Shown: piece by piece, positions 45,884-54,005 of the stretch | How positions within the stretch are numbered: position 1 is the stretch's first letter | Layout: each line of letters starts with the position of its first letter | DNA from: a virus | Taxonomy: Duplodnaviria; Caudoviricetes | Length of the DNA: 64,000 nt | IMG/VR virus record: IMGVR_UViG_3300028591_000171 | Coordinates: 14,634-78,633 of that record | Direction: 5' to 3' (one strand) | Made by a program: the position numbers and the translations under genes | Notes under the pieces: model-generated | What the model saw: only the letters and a program-made list of their open reading frames with translations | Databases searched by the model: none | Told to the model about the DNA's origin: nothing

Positions 45884-47929
45884 ATGGCAGGTATTGTTCA
45901 ATTGAAAGACGAGAGCGGGAATTCTGTATATCCTGTGACAGGAGCTAATCTTGTAGATGGTTTGTCTGATGTCGCCAAGAGCGGTGATTATAATGACTTG
46001 GAGAATAAACCGACTATACAGACGATTAACACTGTTAATGTGTCTGTTGACAATAATACTGGGACCCCGTCTGCTACTGGTACTGTATCGGGTTCTACGA
46101 TCACACTTAATTTCCATAATCTAAAAGGACAGCAAGGGCAACAGGGTCAGCAGGGAAATACCGGATCGTCAGTGGACTATCCCTATGAACTTGTGAACAA
46201 CCTCATCACCGATGACGCCACGAAAGGTTTGTCAGCCGCGCAGGGTGTGGTGCTGGAGGGCGAAGTCAGTCAGTTACGCTCCGAGTTGGATGGGAATGAA
46301 CTTATCGCAAAAACATCCTTTATCGGCGGGTGGTATATTTATAAGACAAACCCATATTACAAGACAAACAATACGGCCCGCGTGGGCGTGGGGGAAATAA
46401 CACTTGATGCCGGCGATATAATTTCCCTTACCGATTATTCAGCTTGTAGGATGTATGTCGGATATAGGGATGCGAATGGCTATAACACACCCGGTGCTTG
46501 GTTGACCTCTGATTATACCGCTCCGGTCTCCGGAATATATGTAATAACACTTGACGGCATCCCCGCGGTACCCGTGTCTGACACATCGGATTTGACTAAA
46601 TATCTCCGGGTTATTCGAGGCTTATCACAAGTATATCGTAACGAGGTCACTCTCAATGAGCTGGAATCAGATGTCGCAAGAAAATCCACAAATAATGACT
46701 TGTCAAATCAACTTTATTGCGAGAGTCTGACACAAGGCGTTGAGTATGAGCTGGGAAATATCCTTATCACGAACTCCGCTTGGACGTATGAGGATTCCGT
46801 CAATCGGGTGCGTACACCATCAGACTATATTCTCCACTTGTTCCCAGGTGACAAAATCACTCTATCAAATTACTCCGGCGTGAGGTTCTATGTCGGCGCG
46901 AGGTATGTTTCCGGGAGTATGTCAATGGCTGGATGGCTGACGAGTGACTACATTGTGCAGGAGGAGGGGTATTTCTGCGTTCTTGTGGCGAACACGACGG
47001 ACACGCAACAGTTATCCCCGGATACACTCGGACAACTGATTAAAGTTGTTAGGAATACCACCGTGCGGTCAATGATCGGGAGTGGCGCGGCATCGGTGAT
47101 ATTCAACAATACCGGGACAACGCAAGTCATAGGGAATCGGATTGATTTGGTGGGGCAAAATTACTCCGTGGCATACATCGGACAAGAGGGGGCGGGTGTA
47201 GACACAAGGCAAGGTGGCGCAATATTCGGTGATTACCTTTTCCAATTCCATAACACTCTCGAATCCATTGTTGTGTTCAAATTGTCTACGGCTACAACCG
47301 TGCAGACGTTTTCCTTGACAGCCCAGCCAGATTGTCATGCCAATTCCGGCGGTTTCGGAAAAACTTACCATACGGCGGGTGATCCTTTCCCGCTTTTGTA
47401 TGTGTCATCGCAGTCGGAAAAAAAGATATATGTTTACAGGATCACAGGCGAGGAGGGTAATTGGTCAATCGCATTAGTTCAAACTATCACGGTTAATGTG
47501 GATTTCTATCTCCCGAATATTGCCATAGACGCATGGAATGAACGTGGAGTCCTATTTGGCTATACAAAAAATTCCTGGTCTGACACGACCGCGAAATCCC
47601 GTATATGTTGGTTTAATCTGCCGCCACTATCCTCTGGGGATGTGACGATTTCCGACTTCAATGATTATTTCACACTTCCATACATATACGCACAACAGGG
47701 AGCATGTGCGAGATTTGGCAAGATGTACCTGTCCTTCGGCAATACGCAACAAGGGCAGGCGACTGGTGGTATTATAGTGATAGACTACACGAATAAGAAT
47801 GTCGATAGTTATCTTGACCTATATGCCATCGCTCCAGGATCGTTTGAGCCGGAGGCAATCGGTATTTGGGGCGGGGGACTAATCGTGACATCGGCAGGTG
47901 GAGGAGTATATAAATTGACAGTCAATTAG
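45884..47929 (+). CDS. Receptor-binding / tail fibre protein with duplicated internal module and C-terminal beta-propeller-like domain
   Basis: Fibre-type N-terminus (SGDYNDLENKP, GQQGQQGQQG, ELVNNLITDDATKGLSAAQGVVL), two WLTSDY modules, and QGGAIFGDYLFQF / EPEAIG propeller-like blades. Confidence 0.7.
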   Translation: MAGIVQLKDESGNSVYPVTGANLVDGLSDVAKSGDYNDLENKPTIQTINTVNVSVDNNTGTPSATGTVSGSTITLNFHNLKGQQGQQGQQGNTGSSVDYPYELVNNLITDDATKGLSAAQGVVLEGEVSQLRSELDGNELIAKTSFIGGWYIYKTNPYYKTNNTARVGVGEITLDAGDIISLTDYSACRMYVGYRDANGYNTPGAWLTSDYTAPVSGIYVITLDGIPAVPVSDTSDLTKYLRVIRGLSQVYRNEVTLNELESDVARKSTNNDLSNQLYCESLTQGVEYELGNILITNSAWTYEDSVNRVRTPSDYILHLFPGDKITLSNYSGVRFYVGARYVSGSMSMAGWLTSDYIVQEEGYFCVLVANTTDTQQLSPDTLGQLIKVVRNTTVRSMIGSGAASVIFNNTGTTQVIGNRIDLVGQNYSVAYIGQEGAGVDTRQGGAIFGDYLFQFHNTLESIVVFKLSTATTVQTFSLTAQPDCHANSGGFGKTYHTAGDPFPLLYVSSQSEKKIYVYRITGEEGNWSIALVQTITVNVDFYLPNIAIDAWNERGVLFGYTKNSWSDTTAKSRICWFNLPPLSSGDVTISDFNDYFTLPYIYAQQGACARFGKMYLSFGNTQQGQATGGIIVIDYTNKNVDSYLDLYAIAPGSFEPEAIGIWGGGLIVTSAGGGVYKLTVN

Positions 47930-47956
47930 CCCCCTAACTGACTGAGTTATTAAATA
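47927..47956 (+). repeat. Copy 2 of the motif following receptor-binding genes (tagccccctaactgactgagttattaaata)
   Basis: Starts at the TAG stop codon of the fibre gene; near-identical to 1179-1210. Confidence 0.85.
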
Positions 47957-47958
47957 TT

Positions 47959-48189
47959 ATGAAAGCAGTAAAAGTTGAATGGTTGGATATAGCGAGCGGA
48001 ACAATCCACTGGACAGATTTTGATGATCTCGAGTTTGGACCGTTGGAATGCGAGTCCGTAGGTTGGCTCGTTAAGGAGACTGATGAGTATATAGCTATAG
48101 CGCAAAACTATAACAAGGAGAATGACCTAATAGCTGATACAATGACATTCCCGAAATCAGTCGTAGTGAAGATGACTGAGCTGAAATAA
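47959..48189 (+). CDS. Small acidic phage protein
   Basis: 76 aa; VEWLD...CESVGWLVKETDEYIAIAQ...FPKSVV, a common phage hypothetical pattern. Confidence 0.7.
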   Translation: MKAVKVEWLDIASGTIHWTDFDDLEFGPLECESVGWLVKETDEYIAIAQNYNKENDLIADTMTFPKSVVVKMTELK

Positions 48190-48191
48190 CG

Positions 48192-48668
48192 CTAAATGTA
48201 GTTGTCAAGTCTTGAAGACTCTATCTCGCCTTGGCGGAACGCCTCCTTGTCATTCTCCGAGGCGAAAACCATATTCCCCACGTCATCGGGGTTGGCTTCC
48301 GGCAGGTAATATCCCTGATCCTCAGCCCATCTCCTGAACGCGTTTATGGCCCTTGTCATCTCGTCTGTGGTGAGGTCGGCGGAACTGCGTATATACTGTA
48401 CTCTCATCCCGGTAAGCTTGTCCACATCCTCCCTGATGAATATATCCGGATTGGACATTATCTTGAAGTATACCTCCTTCGAGTATTTCTCGGTAACTCC
48501 GGTCTCTATGGCGAGTATCCTGCAGAGCACATGAAGGTATGAGTTCTGGTTGAGCGAACGCCTTGACTCGTCAACCAGACTCGCGTTCTTGCATTTCTTC
48601 TCGAGAAGCCTGTTGGCCCTCTTGACGAACTGTTTCCTGTGTAAAGGGTTAGTCAGATCGTAATTCAT
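48192..48668 (-). CDS. NinB/YbcN-like recombination-associated protein (tentative)
   Basis: RRSLNQNSYLH and RSSADLTTDEMTRAI...YYLPE resemble the NinB family signature. Confidence 0.5.
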   Translation of the reverse strand: MNYDLTNPLHRKQFVKRANRLLEKKCKNASLVDESRRSLNQNSYLHVLCRILAIETGVTEKYSKEVYFKIMSNPDIFIREDVDKLTGMRVQYIRSSADLTTDEMTRAINAFRRWAEDQGYYLPEANPDDVGNMVFASENDKEAFRQGEIESSRLDNYI

Positions 48669-48901
48669 TACAGTACTTTCACCTCGCTATAAAAATAGTC
48701 ACCCCATCCTGCGGAGTCCTCTAACGCGTCCAGAAGAGTCCTGAAATCTTTCTCCGTGTCCATCTTATAAGTCCTGTAATCACCCTCGACCTTCCCGGAG
48801 TTGATGGCTCTTATCGCGCCTCTTGTAGTATGCTCATTCGCATACGAGCAAGCCTCTGTCCCATAAAAGACAGTGACCTTAAATTTATTAAGATTGTCCA
48901 T
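48668..48901 (-). CDS. Hypothetical protein
   Basis: 77-aa ORF; its stop overlaps the next start. Confidence 0.7.
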   Translation of the reverse strand: MDNLNKFKVTVFYGTEACSYANEHTTRGAIRAINSGKVEGDYRTYKMDTEKDFRTLLDALEDSAGWGDYFYSEVKVL

Positions 48902-48907
48902 ATTTTC

Positions 48908-49155
48908 GCGGAATAATACGCGGAATGACAGAACCGTCTCCGTAACTCGGTGGAAGCAACTGGATTCGAACCAGTGACCCCCTGCTTGTAAGGCAGGTTA
49001 CAATCATACCGCGATTGAATAACATCTATCGCTAAGTTACTAATTTTTAATTGATTAACAAACAAAAATCCAAATTTGTTTTTGTTTATTTTTTCTTTTT
49101 CTTTTTGATGTGCCTTCCAGATACGTGAGACACTATGCGGAATTGTTTGCAGAAT
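48908..49155. mobile_element. attP-like site: tRNA-Val 3' half flanked by paired arm-type repeats
   Basis: GCGGAAT at 48908 and 48920; GCGGAAT/GCAGAAT at 49137 and 49149; tRNA fragment and AT-rich tracts between them; adjacent to the integrase gene. Confidence 0.8.
48949..48998 (-). tRNA. 3' half of tRNA-Val(TAC) only; not a functional tRNA gene
   Basis: Minus strand reads A CCTGC CTTACAA GCAGG GGGTC ACTGG TTCGAAT CCAGT TGCTTCC ACC: perfect anticodon and T arms plus the 3' acceptor strand. The 5' acceptor strand (expected GGAAGCA) and D arm are absent. Confidence 0.92.
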
Positions 49156-49183
49156 TTTGCTATCTTGCCGAAAAGTAAAAACA

Positions 49184-50434
49184 ATGGCGATTACAAACTT
49201 ATATCTCGACATGAGGGGCAGAGCCAATGACGGCAAGGGCAGCATCCTCATAACCATCTATCACAACAGGACGACATCTACAATCCCGATGAAAATCAGG
49301 GTGTCTCCAGAGAACTGGGACGGCAACCATATCGTCAGGATGCGCGAGGCTGACATCCTCAACGCTCATCTGGCGGAGAAAAAGGCGTCAATAGACATGG
49401 CGATAGCGGGACTTTCCCTGCGTGATGATTTCGAAAGCATGACAGCCACGCATATAAAGAACCTCATCACTGACAAGAGGAGCGTCGACAGCTCCAGGTC
49501 TATGGTCAAAAGCCTGTTTGAGGAGTATATGGCCTCGGATTTGAGCGACGGCACAAGAGAGATATACAAATCCACGTTGGGTAAGGTCCTGTCATTCGGA
49601 GGGCAGTCTATGAGAATAGGACAGATAGACGCTAATTGGCTCATACGTTTCGACAGATATCTCGCGAAGACACAAGGCGTGAACGGAAGGGCAATCTATC
49701 TCCGACATCTGCGTGCCGTGTGCAATTACGCCAGAAAGATAAAGGTTATGTCAACTTATCCTTTCGATGATTTCAAGATAAGGCAGGAGCAGACACGCCA
49801 CAGGAACATATCTGTTGATGACCTTAGAAGATTTCTGGGATATAAGGTGACTTCCGAGCAGGAGATGGCAAGGGATTTCTTTATGCTTATGTTCTATCTT
49901 GTCGGATGTAACATCGTGGATCTTCTCACGGCAAAGCGGACCAACATAGTCAATGGCAGGTTCGAGTACATAAGGAGAAAGACACACAAGGCGTATTCCA
50001 TAAAGATAGAGCCGGAGGCGGAAAGGCTGATAGACAAATACCAAGGTGTAGACTGGCTTCTGTCGCCGATGGACCATTACGCCAGATACAAATCTTTCGC
50101 CCGCATGGTGAACAAGAACATCAAGGAGATAGGTGACGTGTCATGGGAAATGGTCCCGGTTGAGGATGACCTTTTCGCCATGCCAAAGCTGGAGAAAAGA
50201 ATTATCCCCGTCATACCTGAGGTGACCACCTATTACGCCAGACACACATGGTCGACTTTAGCTTATGACATAGGCATTCCTATCGATGTGGTGTCACAGG
50301 CGCTCGGTCACTCAGACGGCAACAGGACAACCCTCATCTATGTCAAGCGTGACCAGAAGAAGGTTGACGACGCCAACAGACAGGTTATAGACTATTTACT
50401 TGGACTTGACAAACCTGCCCTTATCGTCCCGTAG
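49184..50434 (+). CDS. int: Tyrosine recombinase / phage integrase, Bacteroidota type
   Basis: N-terminal arm-binding-like LYLDMR...IYH...W, SAM-like core (TREIYKST, YLRHLRAVCN), catalytic YIRRKT, YYARHTW, ALGHS, TTLIY. Start moved to ATG 49184. Confidence 0.92.
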   Translation: MAITNLYLDMRGRANDGKGSILITIYHNRTTSTIPMKIRVSPENWDGNHIVRMREADILNAHLAEKKASIDMAIAGLSLRDDFESMTATHIKNLITDKRSVDSSRSMVKSLFEEYMASDLSDGTREIYKSTLGKVLSFGGQSMRIGQIDANWLIRFDRYLAKTQGVNGRAIYLRHLRAVCNYARKIKVMSTYPFDDFKIRQEQTRHRNISVDDLRRFLGYKVTSEQEMARDFFMLMFYLVGCNIVDLLTAKRTNIVNGRFEYIRRKTHKAYSIKIEPEAERLIDKYQGVDWLLSPMDHYARYKSFARMVNKNIKEIGDVSWEMVPVEDDLFAMPKLEKRIIPVIPEVTTYYARHTWSTLAYDIGIPIDVVSQALGHSDGNRTTLIYVKRDQKKVDDANRQVIDYLLGLDKPALIVP

Positions 50435-50578
50435 ACGTCCTTTTTTCTCAGGTTTTGCCATCACATTATCCTCTTTCTTTTCCGGTTTGTCTTTCCTTCT
50501 CTCATTGTAAAACAAGACAAGCAGACTGCTGATGATGATAAAGCACAGCATGGCCAAGAAGATGTAAAAGAAACTCAT
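50396..50578 (-). CDS. Small TM protein with C-terminal RDDKGRF motif
   Basis: 60 aa with hydrophobic N-terminus; overlaps the integrase 3' end convergently. Confidence 0.6.
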   Translation of the reverse strand: MSFFYIFLAMLCFIIISSLLVLFYNERRKDKPEKKEDNVMAKPEKKGRLRDDKGRFVKSK

Positions 50579-50582
50579 GGTG

Positions 50583-50996
50583 TTAGTTGTTTAATATGAT
50601 TGTTGAGAAAACGTTCCATATTTTCCTTGTCTGGTAATCGTTGGTCTGCATATAGTCGGCGTGCCTCCTCAGCCCGACTATCACAGTGGCGTGGTTAAAT
50701 CCGCTTACCCTTCCGATGTCGCTCAGGCTATATCCCTCATTGAAAAGCATATACCACACGCATCTTCTCCAGATCACTGTCACCGCGTCACGTTTCTTGT
50801 CCTTTATGTCTATACCGGATACCTGTTTGACCGAGTCACGTAACTCGTCATATCTTCTTTGTATCGGCGGAAGCTCCGGTATCCTTGGCAATAACGCAGT
50901 GACAGTCTCTATCGCCTCATATACGTCATCAGGCAGACTGTTCTCGCGGTTCTTGCCGAACCTTTCCAATGTTGTACCCGCTTGAGCTAATGTCAT
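50583..50996 (-). CDS. DnaA domain IV-like HTH DNA-binding protein
   Basis: KKRDAVTVIWRRCVWY...YSLSDIGRVSGFNHATVIVGLR fits the SLxxIG...HxTV pattern. Confidence 0.6.
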   Translation of the reverse strand: MTLAQAGTTLERFGKNRENSLPDDVYEAIETVTALLPRIPELPPIQRRYDELRDSVKQVSGIDIKDKKRDAVTVIWRRCVWYMLFNEGYSLSDIGRVSGFNHATVIVGLRRHADYMQTNDYQTRKIWNVFSTIILNN

Positions 50997-51054
50997 TGTC
51001 TATTATTTAGTTACTATAAAATCGCGGCAGACTCCCCGCTTGAGCCGTATGCAA

Positions 51055-51798
51055 TCAGTCGCCATAGTATCGCGGCAGATTGTCATCGTTCCTATCCTCC
51101 CTTCCCAGCCTTCTGTCCTCGGCCACGCCTTTTATGAAGATCACGGTGTCCTCCGGCATTGGCATCTGGCTCTCCATCCACTTCGCCCCTGCGATGAAGG
51201 CTCTTTCTTCTTTCTTATCTACACAAACTAATCCGTCACCAACATCCATAGGTAGAATTGCGTATTCTTTTGCTGCTTCCTCCAAATCATCAGGATTCCC
51301 TCCCCTTATCTCATCCAGAAACTTGTCAACATCCACTCCTTCCAATGACTTTGATGCCCTTGTCTTTGCTATCTTCTCGTCAATGTACTTCATAGCCTCG
51401 TCAACGGACATTTCCTTTGGCTCATCTATTGGTTTGATAAATAGTTCAACTTCTCTTGGCTCATCCGACCATTTGAGGTCTTTGAACTGTTCGTCAATCG
51501 CATCGTCGTAGATGCGGAAGTCAGCGTCACATGAACCCCACCATTCCTGCGTGATAGAGTTTTCCCTATGGGGCTTGTGATAGCAGAAAACAAGAGAGCC
51601 ATCTTTGTTTCTTGCTATCCAGCCTTTGACTTTAAAGAGTTTTTCTTCTGGCAGGGAGTCGATGAAGGCAAGGAGTTTGTCATAGCCAGTCATTTCCATA
51701 ACGAAAGGAAAAGTTTGCCTAGAATTTGCTTTGATTTGAACCATACATACTCCTTTCAGCCTCTCTATCTCTTGGCGTATCTTCTCAATGTCGCTCAT
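51055..51798 (-). CDS. Modular early hypothetical protein
   Basis: 247 aa; IEKIRQEIERL, WIARNKDG, DLEEAAKEY, AFIAGAKW modules. Confidence 0.75.
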   Translation of the reverse strand: MSDIEKIRQEIERLKGVCMVQIKANSRQTFPFVMEMTGYDKLLAFIDSLPEEKLFKVKGWIARNKDGSLVFCYHKPHRENSITQEWWGSCDADFRIYDDAIDEQFKDLKWSDEPREVELFIKPIDEPKEMSVDEAMKYIDEKIAKTRASKSLEGVDVDKFLDEIRGGNPDDLEEAAKEYAILPMDVGDGLVCVDKKEERAFIAGAKWMESQMPMPEDTVIFIKGVAEDRRLGREDRNDDNLPRYYGD

Positions 51799-52001
51799 TT
51801 CTTTGATAGCATTTCAAACAACCCTTTAGAAATTTCAGAGATACTTAGTATCACTGGAGAAACGTTAAGATTATTGTTTTTTATATGTTCTCGCATCTGT
51901 TTCAAACTAAGGTCGGTGGCTTTGATTAGACAATCGCCTAACAAGATATGACCATTTTCTATTGGAAATTGATACGAGACATGTAGGTAGTATGTTTTCA
52001 T
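51795..52001 (-). CDS. Hypothetical protein
   Basis: 68 aa, ATGA-coupled to the next gene. Confidence 0.65.
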   Translation of the reverse strand: MKTYYLHVSYQFPIENGHILLGDCLIKATDLSLKQMREHIKNNNLNVSPVILSISEISKGLFEMLSKK

Positions 52002-52017
52002 TTCTTTTCCTCCTTTA

Positions 52018-52134
52018 TCAATGGTAATTATCTCTTCTATTCCTTTCTGCTACCTTGGCTGACCAGATAGCGAGGACAATGACAATGGCAACTCCTGTCA
52101 CAAGCCCTCCGATAAACACTAATAGACTATTCAT
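52018..52134 (-). CDS. 38-aa single-TM peptide (not in the ORF track)
   Basis: Manual translation MNSLLVFIGGLVTGVAIVIVLAIWSAKVAERNRRDNYH; ATGA overlap with the upstream gene. Confidence 0.6.
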   Translation of the reverse strand: MNSLLVFIGGLVTGVAIVIVLAIWSAKVAERNRRDNYH

Positions 52135-52508
52135 TTCTTTTCCTCCTTTGGTATCTCAGGCATCGGCATCCAGTATTTGACTCCAGGGATGTTCCAGCCG
52201 CTAAAATCTTCGCAATATTCCTTGTTAACGACGTGTCCAAATGCGATGCGATATAAAGGTTCTATCCTCACTTCATTCCACTCGTCAAGAAGCACTATAA
52301 CCTCCTCGTCCATTGGTGGCAAGAACTCATTCACTGAGTGCCAGCAGAGGTCTTTCTCGGCTTTAGGCCACAAAGCCTCCGCAACCATCCTCGCTGTTGT
52401 GTGTCTCAAATTCTCTATTGATGAGCAACATCCGGGTAATATACCAAAGGAGTCAAATAACCACTGGTCTATCTCATCAAGTGTTGTGGGGTAATCTACT
52501 TTACTCAT
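52131..52508 (-). CDS. DUF551-like early phage protein
   Basis: WHSVNEFLPPMDEEVIV...VKYWMPMPEIP signature. Confidence 0.65.
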   Translation of the reverse strand: MSKVDYPTTLDEIDQWLFDSFGILPGCCSSIENLRHTTARMVAEALWPKAEKDLCWHSVNEFLPPMDEEVIVLLDEWNEVRIEPLYRIAFGHVVNKEYCEDFSGWNIPGVKYWMPMPEIPKEEKK

Positions 52509-52522
52509 TTCTTATTTCTCCC

Positions 52523-52672
52523 TTAACTATCTAAATACCAATTAGCATCACTTGGATATTTCCTTTCCAAAAGTCTGACTATATCTTTGACAATTTGGTC
52601 ATATACTTAATCAGAAACTACTCTTCCAAGATGGATCGTGATTATATCCTCGTTTTGAATGTTCTCACTCAT
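52523..52672 (-). pseudogene. 50-codon ORF with an in-frame TAA at codon 22
   Basis: MSENIQNEDIITIHLGRVVSD*VYDQIVKDIVRLLERKYPSDANWYLDS*; ATGA-coupled start; fills the gap between neighbours. Confidence 0.4.
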
Positions 52673-52893
52673 TTGTCAATTACTTTAACTCTCATTTCAA
52701 CTTCAATTGCCTTACCCTCTGGAAGTTCAAGCAACCCTTCGTAGTCAGCCGCTTCTCTTGGCATAATACCAGCAATGCGGTAACTGTAATTGTTGTAGTC
52801 TTGCCAAAAGACTCTGCCCCATTTCTTTGGCTTTGAGGTGAAGAACAGAATCCTATTTCCCTGTCTGACTACATATCTCTTAAAAGTTGGCAT
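52669..52893 (-). CDS. Hypothetical protein
   Basis: 74 aa in a tightly packed minus-strand run. Confidence 0.7.
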   Translation of the reverse strand: MPTFKRYVVRQGNRILFFTSKPKKWGRVFWQDYNNYSYRIAGIMPREAADYEGLLELPEGKAIEVEMRVKVIDK

Positions 52894-53474
52894 TATTCTT
52901 CCGCTTTTAATGTTGATGTGCCAGAAGCTGTAGTGGGGCTTATCACCACATTGGCTCTTGGACAGTTAATGCAGTCTTTTTGTGGATTGGTACAAGGGCC
53001 TCCATGATAGCAAGGAGGTTCCCATATTGGGATATTAATCGTTGGAGTATTAAACTCATTTACTTTCTTGGGATTTAATTGTGACTCTATAAAGTCCTTT
53101 AGATCACGCAGAGTGTCTTCCCTCCCAAGACAATATCCGTCAAGATGCTTTTTGGCAAGCTCATCGGCTTTTAGCAATTCCTTCTTCGCAAGGGCAAGGA
53201 GAGTCTTGGCGTGTCTTTTTGCATAGTCAAAAGCTACCTTCTCTCCATGTTCCTTGCAATACTCCACAATGTCTGAAAACTCTTGCTCAAACTCCGTCAG
53301 CCTTGAGAGCTTCTTCTTGATAAGAGTCTCCACGCTGTCAAAATTCTCTTCGGTAAATGCCTTCTCCAATGATACGCACTCAGCACTTGAGCAGTCCATC
53401 GTACCTTCTGGCCTGTTCTCATCAAGATAGCTGACAAGGGCTACCGTAAGTGTTCTTGCTAATTCTATGTTCAT
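52893..53474 (-). CDS. Modular early hypothetical protein with C-terminal Cys cluster
   Basis: Start moved to 53474; LTEFEQE module; PCYHGGPCTNPQKDCINCP. Confidence 0.7.
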   Translation of the reverse strand: MNIELARTLTVALVSYLDENRPEGTMDCSSAECVSLEKAFTEENFDSVETLIKKKLSRLTEFEQEFSDIVEYCKEHGEKVAFDYAKRHAKTLLALAKKELLKADELAKKHLDGYCLGREDTLRDLKDFIESQLNPKKVNEFNTPTINIPIWEPPCYHGGPCTNPQKDCINCPRANVVISPTTASGTSTLKAEE

Positions 53475-53476
53475 AT

Positions 53477-53692
53477 CTATTCCTCCCAAATAACTATTCG
53501 CCTTTCTTTCTGTTGTAACTCGGCAATCGCTTGTTTGGCTTCGCCGAGTGTCTTGAATTTCCCATCCGAAAACACTCCGTCATCAAGTGGATCGTACCAC
53601 CAGAGAAATCCAAGGAATCTCTTTTGGATACAAAACGGTCTTGTATAACTCTGGAATGGATGAGTCCTTTCAATTATTCTGTATTTTGCCAT
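53477..53692 (-). CDS. Hypothetical protein
   Basis: 71 aa; YRIIER...IQKRFLGFLWW. Confidence 0.7.
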   Translation of the reverse strand: MAKYRIIERTHPFQSYTRPFCIQKRFLGFLWWYDPLDDGVFSDGKFKTLGEAKQAIAELQQKERRIVIWEE

Positions 53693-54003
53693 TACATTGA
53701 GTTTAAGTGTTTTATTACATCTTGTAATGCTCGCGTATATCCGTATTCAACATCTACATCGTCAAATCCCATATCTGAAACTTGCCCAAGCATATTAGAT
53801 ACCCACTCCATTAGTTTTTCCCTAAACTTTTCTTGTCCGGCGAAATAAGCGTGATCCTCGGCTGTCTTGAGCATCTCATCCACACAATCCTTGTGGATAT
53901 ATTCGTGAGGAATAGTCGCAACTAAGTCCTTTTTCTTTTCTTCCCAAAAATGGGCAACTACATCTGGATATTCTCTTACATATATCTTATTTGGCATTTT
54001 CAT
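53692..54003 (-). CDS. Hypothetical protein
   Basis: 103 aa; MPNKIYVRE, AEDHAYFAG. Confidence 0.7.
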   Translation of the reverse strand: MKMPNKIYVREYPDVVAHFWEEKKKDLVATIPHEYIHKDCVDEMLKTAEDHAYFAGQEKFREKLMEWVSNMLGQVSDMGFDDVDVEYGYTRALQDVIKHLNSM

Positions 54004-54005
54004 GT

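Noticed and set aside
48949-48998. Functional phage tRNA-Val gene
   Set aside because: The 5' acceptor strand and D arm are missing and the 3' end reads CCG, so it is treated as an att core.
48811-49257. 148-aa minus-strand ORF across the att region
   Set aside because: It overlaps attP, the integrase start and another gene, and its low-complexity translation comes from A/T tracts.
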